DNA of 64,000 nucleotides from a virus (IMGVR_UViG_3300028800_000059:64001-128000), one strand, 5' to 3'; positions 1 to 9,295 are shown, counted from the stretch's first letter. Translations and numbers: made by a program. The notes: generated from the letters alone by a model not told the origin.

Positions 1-44
1 TTCAAGAGAAATTTCTTTTTGCAATAAAACTAATACTGTTGGGT

Positions 45-299
45 TCATTTTAATCCTGCCAAATGTTGATGTAACATAGTAACCAATCGGTCATGGGCAT
101 CATCGGTGGCGCCCATGTGTTTTTTAGACCCGCGATTTTGACCTTCTTCGCGGGCGCTCATAATCAAATGTTCAATGTGATGGTGGATTTCATCAGGAAG
201 TATGCCGCCATGACTTTTGGCTTTTTGCTTCAAACTAGCCGTACCTTGGCGCGCAAAATCGGAAGATTCCTTTATAAATTTTGAATAGGTCTTACTCAC
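45..299 (-). CDS. Small putative internal head protein
   Basis: 84 aa; N-terminus MSKTYSKFIKE resembles the T4 IP capsid-targeting sequence MKTYQEFIAE. Confidence 0.55.
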   Translation of the reverse strand: MSKTYSKFIKESSDFARQGTASLKQKAKSHGGILPDEIHHHIEHLIMSAREEGQNRGSKKHMGATDDAHDRLVTMLHQHLAGLK

Positions 300-1206
300 C
301 GCGATCTTTCCTTCCGTATTTTAGATACTGCATTGCGCCAGTATTTTTATCTTTCAAAAGGATTGGCTTGCCTGGATTGGATCGGCCATAGGTCCTAATA
401 TTGTCACCAATTTCATCGTCTCCTACGTATTTAGTATATTTGTGTTGTGCGCGTTTGGCTAGACGAGCTTTATGGAAGCGTTCGGTGTCTACTAGAAATA
501 CTCTGTGACCACCAAACATTTCTTCGGATTCATTCACGGCCTTACGGCGAAACATATCTCCAATCACAGGAGAAGTATTTGCTTTTGGATTGACGCCTGG
601 TTCGCCTTTTGGGCCCACGCCAATTCCAGCGATGGCTCCACCACCAGCAGAATTTGTTGGAGCACCACCACCTTCACCATCTTCTGATATAGGCATCTGT
701 TTTTTGAGAGAATATATTTTGTGATTTACATCATCATCTACCGTCAATTTGGCATGAATTTCTTTGGCTAAACGAACAGCTAATATATCATAAAGCTTGA
801 CGCGAGAATTACTTGGGCTCCATCCTTCTCCTGAAGAAAATTTTGCTTTGGATGCAGAAAATACAATATCTAAAATGTTAGGGTGTTGATCCCACCAAGT
901 TTTTAAAATATGACCTATCGTGGAAAATATCTTTAGACTATCGGAAGTATTTCCTATTGATCCTGTTGTCCATCCACCGTTCAATTTTGCGGCAAAAGCA
1001 AACTCGGCTGATTGAGTATGGGGAACAATAGCAAAAGAAGCCAAATACTCAATTCCTTCTTTATTTTGAAAATGGTATCTATCCCGCGGTTCGGCGACAT
1101 ATGAATATGGATTGTCACCAGTTTCATCCAAAGGACCTTTGAATTGAGCGACACCAGAAACTTCTTTGAGATTGTTTTCTTTGAGGAAACTGTTATAGGA
1201 CTTCAT
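292..1206 (-). CDS. Putative internal head polyprotein / conserved T4-like hypothetical protein
   Basis: N-terminus MKSYNSFLKE; internal ISE and VNE sites; Gly-rich APTNSAGGGAIAGIG segment; TATAAATA immediately upstream. Confidence 0.6.
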   Translation of the reverse strand: MKSYNSFLKENNLKEVSGVAQFKGPLDETGDNPYSYVAEPRDRYHFQNKEGIEYLASFAIVPHTQSAEFAFAAKLNGGWTTGSIGNTSDSLKIFSTIGHILKTWWDQHPNILDIVFSASKAKFSSGEGWSPSNSRVKLYDILAVRLAKEIHAKLTVDDDVNHKIYSLKKQMPISEDGEGGGAPTNSAGGGAIAGIGVGPKGEPGVNPKANTSPVIGDMFRRKAVNESEEMFGGHRVFLVDTERFHKARLAKRAQHKYTKYVGDDEIGDNIRTYGRSNPGKPILLKDKNTGAMQYLKYGRKDRGE

Positions 1207-1211
1207 AACAG

Positions 1212-1219
1212 TATTTATA
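1212..1219 (-). promoter_or_regulatory. T4-type late promoter TATAAATA
   Basis: Exact gp55 consensus, 5 nt upstream of the ATG at 1206. Confidence 0.75.
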
Positions 1220-1637
1220 GGGAATTGAGTTTATCGAAGATTCCCTGATCGGTTCCTATATATTGACTTTCGATATGTTTGCCACGAATTTTACCGAGAG
1301 ATTCTGGCATGACATTTAGAAACAACAAGAAGGATTTAAGAGCCGGCCAATCAATCATTTCGTTTTCTTCACCTTCGGATAGTTTGAAGAAACAAATGCG
1401 CGAAGCGGCCCGCCATCCAAAGACGTTTCCAAGGACAATGATATGATTGAGTATCAGCCGTTCCTTGAGATTGCCTGTTAGGCGGGCGCGTTTGAAAAGT
1501 CTCTTGATGTATTTGATCCGAAGAAGGTCTTCCTCGAATTCGGATGTGACGCATCCGTTAGGTCTTGCATAGGCCTTGGCGGCATAAAGGAGAAAGTTAT
1601 CATCAGTTAGATCATCAAACAAATGGGATTCAGACAT
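1215..1637 (-). CDS. Conserved T4-like phage hypothetical protein
   Basis: LTDDNFLLYAAKAY..EFEEDL.RIKYIKRL..LKERLILNHIIVL pattern recalled from T4-like head-region genes. Confidence 0.7.
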   Translation of the reverse strand: MSESHLFDDLTDDNFLLYAAKAYARPNGCVTSEFEEDLLRIKYIKRLFKRARLTGNLKERLILNHIIVLGNVFGWRAASRICFFKLSEGEENEMIDWPALKSFLLFLNVMPESLGKIRGKHIESQYIGTDQGIFDKLNSL

Positions 1638-1640
1638 ATT

Positions 1641-2453
1641 TTATGTTTCGGATAACAAATCATCCAGGCTCTTGGCCCAGGCACTTCCTATGCCACACAC
1701 TCGCGTCTGGGCTCCAGGGAATTTCTTATCTAGCGCATTGGCTAGATTTCGGACCTTGGTTTGCATTAAAGGATTTTTTGGATTAGGAAAGGCAACTGAA
1801 ACCAAATTTTTTTCTGGATCATAACGTCCTACGGCAAACCAATTATGGGAATTAAGTTTTTCGGCATGACCTTCTTGCCGTCCATCCGCAACATATTCGG
1901 TATCCAATCTGCCGTTTGGATTCATCAACCAAACCGTAGCTGGCTTTCCTTTTTCATGTCCAATTGATAGATATGGATCATTGGCGAAAGAGAAAGAATA
2001 GGACTCTTCTATAGGTTCTTCGAAGCCTTCTTCATCATAAAATTCATCATCCGAAAGCAAATCATCCAAATCTTCTTGGTCCACTAATTCGCCGTACACA
2101 TCATAATCTCCAATATCATTCATAACCCAACAGAAATATAGGAAAATTGGATCGGGATCGTTTTCATCGTCCATCGCGTTAAATCCGTATTGTGAACAGA
2201 TGAAAATTTTCTCGCCTACTTCTTCATCCATATCAAATACAGCCGGCACACTAATTGCTGCCCATGCCAGACATTTACGAATATATTCTAGGGCTGTATA
2301 AGGAGTAGGAAATGGAGTGTCAGTGGATGCCCAGATGGCACCATTTAATTTTGATCTAACATCCTCGTCGTGGATATCAGGGCTTTTGGCCGAGATATCC
2401 AGGACAGGAATAGAAGCCCAATCTTCTTTGAGCCAATCTTTAAAAAGCTTCAT
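1641..2453 (-). CDS. Hypothetical, putative internal head protein
   Basis: Likely start MKLFKDWLKE at 2453 (CTS-like); acidic linker ending PIEE/S separates two modules. Confidence 0.55.
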   Translation of the reverse strand: MKLFKDWLKEDWASIPVLDISAKSPDIHDEDVRSKLNGAIWASTDTPFPTPYTALEYIRKCLAWAAISVPAVFDMDEEVGEKIFICSQYGFNAMDDENDPDPIFLYFCWVMNDIGDYDVYGELVDQEDLDDLLSDDEFYDEEGFEEPIEESYSFSFANDPYLSIGHEKGKPATVWLMNPNGRLDTEYVADGRQEGHAEKLNSHNWFAVGRYDPEKNLVSVAFPNPKNPLMQTKVRNLANALDKKFPGAQTRVCGIGSAWAKSLDDLLSET

Positions 2454-2477
2454 AACAAAAATACCAATCTTTCTCAA

Positions 2478-3470
2478 TTACTGAGTGATAATTAGCGCGC
2501 CGGCCCCATTGCTTGTTGCCGTGATGGGTTGGCCAATTGTCAAATTAGCATTTGTTGCGTCAATGGATGCTGTCAACGTCATGCCATTTGCGATGATGGC
2601 TGAGTTGGCTGGTAGAGCCAATAGAACAACTGAGTTTGCATAAGAATTTTCAGTGTTTGCAAGATTGCTAATGAAGATCGTTGTGTTGCTTGACAATGAC
2701 GAGGCGCTGTTGGTGTTGTTGGCACCAGCAGTTACCAGGTTAGCCGATAGATTGACTGAATCGTTTGCCAAACCATTTGCCGTTGGGAACAATCGAGCAA
2801 TAATGTAACTATTTGCAAGATTGGCCAGGATTTGAATTGATAATGTATTGGCAGTGGATGCCAAAACGTTTGCCTGAGTTGCAAGCGATAGAGTAGTTAC
2901 GGTGTTGCTTGTGTTGGCGATAAGAACGGCGGCTACGTTTGCCAATGAATTTCGGACAATAGTTGCTTGGTTGGCTGTGATACCAGCACTGGTCTGGAAT
3001 GTCGTCAATGGAGTTGTTACGTTGGCATTATTTGGTGCTGTGAAATTGAAGAGAACTCGATTGGCTCCAGCCGATAGACCAGCATAGAATGCCTGAATTG
3101 TTGTTAGGTTGATACCATTTACAACAGCCAGAGTAATGTTGGCATTGCCTGGGATCGTGTTGGCCACCAATTGAACATCATAGGTAACCCATAATCCACC
3201 TGTGGCGCCATTTGCCAGAGTTGGAGAAGACCATTCAACAGAGGTTGGAATGGCTGGCGTCATGCTATTGGCAAGACCACCAATTGTTACCAATTCTTCT
3301 TCGTATCCAATAGCCGATCCTACACCAGTCCAGCTTCCGCCGTCCTTGTGTTTGAAAACCCAGCCCCGTTGTGTGGCAAAAGTGTTTGCAAGGTCGCCAT
3401 CTTTGGCTCCAGCGCGGAGATAAGTAGGTTTCTTGACGGTGACGGCGTTATTTGCAGACCATTGTGGCAT
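2478..3470 (-). CDS. Putative virion structural protein, Ala/Asn/Thr-rich
   Basis: N-terminal ATQRGWV..EELVTIGGL motif followed by an AN-rich beta-type region with very few charged residues. Confidence 0.55.
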   Translation of the reverse strand: MPQWSANNAVTVKKPTYLRAGAKDGDLANTFATQRGWVFKHKDGGSWTGVGSAIGYEEELVTIGGLANSMTPAIPTSVEWSSPTLANGATGGLWVTYDVQLVANTIPGNANITLAVVNGINLTTIQAFYAGLSAGANRVLFNFTAPNNANVTTPLTTFQTSAGITANQATIVRNSLANVAAVLIANTSNTVTTLSLATQANVLASTANTLSIQILANLANSYIIARLFPTANGLANDSVNLSANLVTAGANNTNSASSLSSNTTIFISNLANTENSYANSVVLLALPANSAIIANGMTLTASIDATNANLTIGQPITATSNGAGALIITQ

Positions 3471-3506
3471 AGTAGTATTCTCCTAAATTTAAAAGATTTC
3501 TAATTC

Positions 3507-4007
3507 TTATTTATGTTTTCCGAGGCCGAGACTTCTAATCTTGGCAATGGTAGAAACAGCCCCGGTATGTAAAATTCCAATGCCTCCGGCCTCTCTCCAT
3601 TCGTTTATATTTTTCGCAAAATCGTCTATTAGAACATTAGGGCCGCCTGGTGACACGGCATAATGCTTCTTTTCGGATCGAAGAACTAATTTCACTCGAT
3701 TTCTTCTAATACCAAATCTATCGCACCACAGAAGTTTGCCTTTTTTACTGTTCATGGCATCCCAATTTGCATAAGCCGAGAGAACATAAGTATCAAATTG
3801 TTCCAAAAAACTCCAAAGTTTATCGGCACCGGGCATTGGAGGAAGATTTTTCCAAAAATTTTCGTTGTCTAAAATAATAGGACGATATTTGGTTTTATCC
3901 AATCTCCCATCCGGTCCTACTATTTCTGATGTTGGCCGGCCTAATTCCTGAGCAACTCCTTTATTGAAATCTGCTAAAACTCCATCCAAATCGCAATAAA
4001 AAATCAT
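3507..4007 (-). CDS. 5'(3')-deoxyribonucleotidase-like HAD phosphatase
   Basis: CDLDGVLADF motif I; LIDD motif; K..WC pattern. Confidence 0.85.
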   Translation of the reverse strand: MIFYCDLDGVLADFNKGVAQELGRPTSEIVGPDGRLDKTKYRPIILDNENFWKNLPPMPGADKLWSFLEQFDTYVLSAYANWDAMNSKKGKLLWCDRFGIRRNRVKLVLRSEKKHYAVSPGGPNVLIDDFAKNINEWREAGGIGILHTGAVSTIAKIRSLGLGKHK

Positions 4008-4010
4008 TCG

Positions 4011-5765
4011 TTAGTTACTTCCTTGTGGATTAGTAATTGGTGAACTTGTAAGGTCTTTTTGAATCTGAGTAGGATTGAAAATCACCTTGTCTTTTTTTGA
4101 GCCTAGAACAAGTTTGTTTCCATCTGAGTCTCGGTTATTCAAATCAGCCTTGGACCCTAGAACTATCTTGGTTGATGCCGAAGGGTCTTTCTTGTCGGGT
4201 TGTTTCTTGTTTCTATCCATGAATGATGGAATTTCTGGCATTTTGCCGCTATCATTAGCTTTTGTGGCGCCGTTGTTATTAGCTTTTCCGGCGTGCTTTG
4301 CCTTTGGATCAATTTCATCATTTCCAGATGTGTCGCCAGGAGCCTTTTTTCCTTTGCCGGCAGCAGGAATATTACCTGCTCCTTTTTTAGAAAGAGGACC
4401 TTTTTTGTTCTTGTCGCGATCTGGCCATGATTCATTCACAGGAGGTTTCTTGGCCCATTCTGGACCTAATTTAGATGGACCATTTGGTTTTGCCCATGGA
4501 TTTTCAACCTTCTTAAAGGCACCTAGAATTTTTTTGATTTTAGCTGCCTTGGCTCTGCCTTCTGGTGTTTCGGATTTGGCGCGAATTGCTGCTAGTTTAT
4601 CGGTTACAGATTCGAAAATTTCTCCGACGCCGTGACAGTAGGCACATTCCTTGCCTTTAATATTTCCTTCGCCTTCACAATCCGGACACATATTTGTTTT
4701 TGGAAATGGATCATGTGGAATCGTGGATGGTGATTTTGGTTTTCTACCAGCAACAAATTGATCATAAGGCAACACTTTAAATTTTGGTTCTGCTTTTGGC
4801 TTTGGATAATGGCGGCCTGTTACGTGATGGACTTCTTTTAATCCCTGTCCACCGCTTGCCAAAGAACTTGGCGCTGGATCGTTTTCAACGGCATCAGAAT
4901 CACCTTCGGCAATTCGTGGCTTGATTTCGCTCTTGGCTGCGCGATAAGCGGCACCGCGACTATCTCCACGACTCATGGCATAAGTTCCGTTCTTATCTAC
5001 TGTCGAAAACGAATGAGTGCCTACTTTATTTTTGCCGACATACTTAATTGTGTTATGAGCCATGTCGTCGGCCTTATCGTTTGTGAAACCAACTTTCTTT
5101 TCTCGTGGAGTTGGATTTGCATCTGATTCTTTTACGTATTTGTCGTCATAATTTTGGCCCATATTGGCCATGTCTTTTTCGTCTTTCTTTTCTTGCTCGG
5201 TAGGTTTATGATTTTTTTGCATTCTCTTGGCACGATGGGCCGCCTTCACAGTATTTACAAATCCTTTAAAGCCTTCCTGGATTTTATCCTGGTCGTCCTC
5301 GCTCATTGGTTCATTAGTGTTTGTTTGTGGATTGCTCAAATCCCCAACATATCCAGTATTTTTCTGAGGTTCTTCCACTATTGTTCGTTCATCCAAGCGC
5401 ACATTCGAGATATGTGTTTCATAGGATTTTGGATGCCCAGTTGGATATTTGTCTGTCTGATGATCGAAATGAACTTTGGTTCCATCGACTTTTGTTACGA
5501 CACCTGGAATTTGTCCACCAAGTTTGGTTCGAATTTTATCTCCAACCTTTGGAATATATTTTCCAGCCGCAACATAGTCGGCATGTTCCGTCAAAGAATG
5601 GCGCTTGGCCATTGCTTCGGCAGAATCTTTGTCTTTGTGTGAATGAACTTTGGTTTCGCCAGAGTGATTGGTCGAAACAAAGCGATGTTGCCCGCCTAGA
5701 TCGCCGGCATATCGGACCGAACCTGAGATATTATATTGTTTCTTTTCCCAGGTGTCTGGGTCCAT
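4011..5765 (-). CDS. Modular Lys-rich putative internal head polyprotein
   Basis: KOW/SH3-like segment (KVGDKIRTK..GVVTKVDG), DnaJ-type Zn knuckle (CPDCEGEG..CAYCHGVG), repeated [ILV]xE sites. Confidence 0.5.
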   Translation of the reverse strand: MDPDTWEKKQYNISGSVRYAGDLGGQHRFVSTNHSGETKVHSHKDKDSAEAMAKRHSLTEHADYVAAGKYIPKVGDKIRTKLGGQIPGVVTKVDGTKVHFDHQTDKYPTGHPKSYETHISNVRLDERTIVEEPQKNTGYVGDLSNPQTNTNEPMSEDDQDKIQEGFKGFVNTVKAAHRAKRMQKNHKPTEQEKKDEKDMANMGQNYDDKYVKESDANPTPREKKVGFTNDKADDMAHNTIKYVGKNKVGTHSFSTVDKNGTYAMSRGDSRGAAYRAAKSEIKPRIAEGDSDAVENDPAPSSLASGGQGLKEVHHVTGRHYPKPKAEPKFKVLPYDQFVAGRKPKSPSTIPHDPFPKTNMCPDCEGEGNIKGKECAYCHGVGEIFESVTDKLAAIRAKSETPEGRAKAAKIKKILGAFKKVENPWAKPNGPSKLGPEWAKKPPVNESWPDRDKNKKGPLSKKGAGNIPAAGKGKKAPGDTSGNDEIDPKAKHAGKANNNGATKANDSGKMPEIPSFMDRNKKQPDKKDPSASTKIVLGSKADLNNRDSDGNKLVLGSKKDKVIFNPTQIQKDLTSSPITNPQGSN

Positions 5766-5797
5766 CTTTGGACCCCAGGCGGCTTCGTCTAGATTAG

Positions 5798-6727
5798 TTA
5801 CTTTTTTTTTAGGTCAAATCCAAGAGCGCCGGCAGCTTCGGCTAATTCAGCCTCGGACATATTCGCAATTTTCTTTGGAGGAAGATTGTCCTTGCCTACA
5901 CCAAACGTTTCGCCTTTGGATGCATCGGCAGTTCCTGCGCCCTGAGTTGCAGTTTCTTTTTCGGTATCTACAACAGACTTGGCAACACCGGAGTCAAAAT
6001 TCTGTCCGCCTTCGGCAGCTTCCTTGTGAAGATTTTTCCACATTGCAGCAGCAGCAACTTTCTTGCCGGCTTCTTTGGAACCATATTCCTTGGCCGCTTT
6101 GTTGGCTACTTTATCGAAATTTCCATGACCAACTTTTTCGCCCTTGTGGGCTTTCTTTTCAACTTCTGATTTTGTTGCCTTAGAAAGACCAGCAGATGGC
6201 TTGGCTTCTGTCAATTCTTCTTCGTTTACCTGACCTGGCGTCTTGACACCGGAAGAACCAGCACCTGCTCCACCACGCCCAAATACTTCGGCCTTGCCGT
6301 TGTGTCCAGCAGCGTCGGAAGTGGTTGGACGTTCCTCTGGCTTTTTCTTGTTGGCACCAAATGGTTCACCATGGGAAGCATCGGCTGTTCCTGGATTTGG
6401 AGACCCAGCCTTTGATTCATCGCCAACTACACTAGCTGCAACTGAGGGATCGAAATTGCGACCACCTTCGGTTGCTTCTGCCATCTTAATGGCATTTTCT
6501 AAGATTGCTTTCTTCCAATTGACGCCGTGACGAGCCTTGAAGCCTGAAACAGATGACTTCAAGCGACCAAGATAAGTTTCGGCCAGTTTATTGCCACCAA
6601 AGGAAGTCTTACCTTCGGCTAGCAAATCAGTCCATTCCTTTTCGGAGGCGATTGCGCCTTCACTTAGGATTTTTTTTGCTATTTCCTGTAGGTCTGGAAA
6701 CGCTGTCAGGTTGTTTGGAGAATGCAT
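5798..6727 (-). CDS. Putative head/core protein with internal duplication
   Basis: Start at 6727 with AAGGA RBS; two copies of EGG.NFD..VA.SVV..E.......GTADAS.GE.FG; AKPSAGLS..YGSKEAGKKVAAAAMWK module. Confidence 0.6.
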   Translation of the reverse strand: MHSPNNLTAFPDLQEIAKKILSEGAIASEKEWTDLLAEGKTSFGGNKLAETYLGRLKSSVSGFKARHGVNWKKAILENAIKMAEATEGGRNFDPSVAASVVGDESKAGSPNPGTADASHGEPFGANKKKPEERPTTSDAAGHNGKAEVFGRGGAGAGSSGVKTPGQVNEEELTEAKPSAGLSKATKSEVEKKAHKGEKVGHGNFDKVANKAAKEYGSKEAGKKVAAAAMWKNLHKEAAEGGQNFDSGVAKSVVDTEKETATQGAGTADASKGETFGVGKDNLPPKKIANMSEAELAEAAGALGFDLKKK

Positions 6728-8612
6728 CTTGTTTATCCTTGTTTTTGTTTGGAGTTTTCTCAGCAGAGTATTTATCATCCTTGGTCGCCACAAGTTTCGC
6801 TTTCCAATACTTGGCACCAGTGGAAGTCTTTGAAATTCCTGCCGCATCCTCTAATGGACCATCGACAATTTCTATTTGGGATGCTCTGGACAACAGGAAT
6901 TCTTTGTTTTTATCAGCATCATTCGTTGGTTTCTTTTTCTTTTTATCGTCAGTCGGAGCATCATCTTCTTTCATGGCACCAATATAGACGCCTGGTGATC
7001 CTTTGGGAACATCAATCATGAGAATATTCGTGCCACCAAATTCATTGGCAACTTCGTGATCTAACGTAGTTGACAAATAGCCATGAAATACATATTTCTT
7101 ACCGATTTCATATTCACCAGACTTGGTTCCTGTGTAGACACGAAAGGCGATAGGAGTTTCGCATTTGTTGATGGCGCTATCCAATCCACCAATTTTACCA
7201 ACAACCTCTTTGGATTTTTTGTCTTTCATGCCTTTCGTAGATATATCTCCAGAAGCGGCCTTGCTTTGAACAAGATGGTTGTTGATCGAATAATGATCCT
7301 CGGCGGCATAGGATTGAATTGCCTTCAGGTCCTGTGGATCGAGATTTTCACCATAATAAGAAGCCAGAATTCGTGCTGTTGCATCGCTCTTGACCTTTTC
7401 TTTTTTGAGAATGTCTTTTAACGACCCATCCCCTTCGCCAGCCTTGGTTGGAGAATATCCATGTTTCATCAATCGACCAGCCATGGATTTTTCAGATGAT
7501 TTTCCTTTGAATGGAATAAGTTTTTTGTTTTTCTCTACGGCTTTGACTTTGCCATCAAAAGACGACCAACGCCCAAGCCCAGAATATGTCATGCCTTTGG
7601 ACAGAGCCTGTTTTGAAAGATCATCGCCGGCAGGTCTTAGGGCATGAGCAATATCTTCGGTTAATCCTCCGGCGTCCACACTGTCGATTCCGGCCCCTCT
7701 CGATACTTCTTCACCCATAGCTCCGGGTGATCCGGTAACCAAAGCGCCTGCAATTGCCAATCGTCCATCGTTAGATCGAACTCCGGCATTGGGCTGAGTA
7801 TTCGCTTGATTTTCTTGAAAAGGCATGTCAGCCACATAACGTCCGCTCCCTTGTTCTTTATTAGGATCATTTATAGGTGATGTTGTATCTTCGCGGAACT
7901 GAAAGAAAGATTTCTTGGAAACTTCTTCATGTATCATAGCAGCTTTTTGTCGATCAATCCAATTTAATGCTACAGGATTTACCAAAGGCCGATTGACGAA
8001 TTTCATGATCGTTTTAAAAGCACCGAGTAGGTCTTTTTGATGTTGGGTTCTGTCTACGGTGTTGGATGTATCGATTAAATGAAAATTAGGTCCAAACAGG
8101 TATTGATAATTCGTAATGTTCTGATGGGCCTGGATATATTTTTGGGCTCGAATAGTTTCTGGAACCATTCGGCCACCTTTTTGGCCTCGGGAATAATTTC
8201 GTTCCTTGGATGTTTCATCGTCCACATTGACATAGACCATCATCGTGGAATAGCCTAGGCCTTCCAAGGAATTTTTTACTTCGTAGGTATCATCATAATT
8301 AGCCCCGGTTCCATTGAGAATAATTCCAAGGCGCCCGGCGAGTGCCAATTTGGATTTGCTGGCAGTCATGTCCTTGGCGCGATTTCTCATAAGTTGCCGT
8401 AACATCGCCTGGTCGTCCGGCATCGTAAAAGCCATATCATGACTTCTAAGAATGTGTTCAAAGGCAAGGTCCTGATTTATTTCGACCAGACCAAGGCCAG
8501 TAATAGCATTATGAACAACATAGTCTTTACCGCTGCCTGGGCCGCCTGCCATAAACACAGCTTTAAATATACCACGGTCGTGAATTCCCTCTTGTAATAT
8601 ACTTTTGGTCAT
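6660..8612 (-). CDS. Zeta-toxin-like P-loop kinase fused to a C-terminal ADP-ribosyltransferase-like domain
   Basis: AVFMAGGPGSGKD Walker A, INQD, LGIILNGTG; C-terminal AIQSY..INNHL, RVYTG, GYLSTT, KEFLL motifs of the VIP2/Alt-type fold. Confidence 0.75.
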   Translation of the reverse strand: MTKSILQEGIHDRGIFKAVFMAGGPGSGKDYVVHNAITGLGLVEINQDLAFEHILRSHDMAFTMPDDQAMLRQLMRNRAKDMTASKSKLALAGRLGIILNGTGANYDDTYEVKNSLEGLGYSTMMVYVNVDDETSKERNYSRGQKGGRMVPETIRAQKYIQAHQNITNYQYLFGPNFHLIDTSNTVDRTQHQKDLLGAFKTIMKFVNRPLVNPVALNWIDRQKAAMIHEEVSKKSFFQFREDTTSPINDPNKEQGSGRYVADMPFQENQANTQPNAGVRSNDGRLAIAGALVTGSPGAMGEEVSRGAGIDSVDAGGLTEDIAHALRPAGDDLSKQALSKGMTYSGLGRWSSFDGKVKAVEKNKKLIPFKGKSSEKSMAGRLMKHGYSPTKAGEGDGSLKDILKKEKVKSDATARILASYYGENLDPQDLKAIQSYAAEDHYSINNHLVQSKAASGDISTKGMKDKKSKEVVGKIGGLDSAINKCETPIAFRVYTGTKSGEYEIGKKYVFHGYLSTTLDHEVANEFGGTNILMIDVPKGSPGVYIGAMKEDDAPTDDKKKKKPTNDADKNKEFLLSRASQIEIVDGPLEDAAGISKTSTGAKYWKAKLVATKDDKYSAEKTPNKNKDKQDAFSKQPDSVSRPTGNSKKNPK

Positions 8613-8623
8613 GGTTTCCTTTT

Positions 8624-8631
8624 TATAAATA
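8624..8631 (+). promoter_or_regulatory. T4-type late promoter TATAAATA upstream of the GIY-YIG gene
   Basis: Exact consensus 57 nt upstream of ATG 8689. Confidence 0.65.
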
Positions 8632-9295
8632 GGTATGGTCGCGGAATTGCCATTCCCACCATTCTAGCTTGTAAATCAAGGTCAACAAATGCCAGCACAT
8701 AATATTTATACAATCTATAGAGCGCATTTAACATTAAATCCTACCAAAGGATATGTGGGCTTTGATAAAAATTGGCCAAATCGAAAAAAGAAACACTTAA
8801 ATGCCAAAGATAATTTTTATTTTCATAGAGCCCTTAGAAAATATGGGCCTGATTCTTTTGTTTGGGAAATTCTATACCAGGATGAAGATAAAGATTGGAC
8901 CCTTAATGTCATGGAGGAATATTATATCCGAGAACAAAAGACTCATGTATCTCAAGGAGGATACAATATGACTTGGGGTGGAGAGGCTCCTATGAGTGGA
9001 AGAAATCATTCAGAAAAAACTATAATTAAAATGAAGAAAAAAATTCCTTGGAACAAAGGAAAAACTGGAGTCTACTCAGAGGACATGATTCGAAGAATGA
9101 AAATGTCTATGAAAGGAAAATATTCATGGAAAAAAGGAAAAACGGGAATTTATTTTGAAGAATCTTTAGAAAAAATGCGTTCTATTAAACGAGGAAAACC
9201 AAGTCCCTTTAAAGGAATATGTAGACCCATAAAAGTTATTGAAAAAATGAGAAAGGCGGCATTATTGCCTTATCAATATTGGGGCGCTTAAATAG
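8626..9295 (+). mobile_element. GIY-YIG endonuclease cassette bounded by 7-bp direct repeats TAAATAG
   Basis: TAAATAG at 8626-8632 and 9289-9295; ORF runs opposite to both neighbours. Confidence 0.55.
8689..9291 (+). CDS. GIY-YIG homing endonuclease with NUMOD3-like repeats
   Basis: NIYTIY..GYVG, FHRALRKYG, LNVMEEYYI, GGYNMTWGGE, GRNHSEKTIIKM, PWNKGK. Confidence 0.85.
   Translation: MPAHNIYTIYRAHLTLNPTKGYVGFDKNWPNRKKKHLNAKDNFYFHRALRKYGPDSFVWEILYQDEDKDWTLNVMEEYYIREQKTHVSQGGYNMTWGGEAPMSGRNHSEKTIIKMKKKIPWNKGKTGVYSEDMIRRMKMSMKGKYSWKKGKTGIYFEESLEKMRSIKRGKPSPFKGICRPIKVIEKMRKAALLPYQYWGA

Noticed and set aside
2478-3470. Apparent enrichment of N-x-S/T glycosylation sequons (about 10)
   Set aside because: Roughly what the high Asn and Ser/Thr content would give by chance.
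4075-6530. Long plus-strand ORFs (4075-4635, 5154-5642, 5668-6183, 6243-6530)
   Set aside because: Antisense shadows of Lys/Glu-rich minus-strand genes; no RBS or motifs.
8626-9295. Group I intron interpretation of the GIY-YIG cassette
   Set aside because: The ORF is antisense to the host genes, there is too little non-coding sequence for a ribozyme core, and no P7 motifs are seen.
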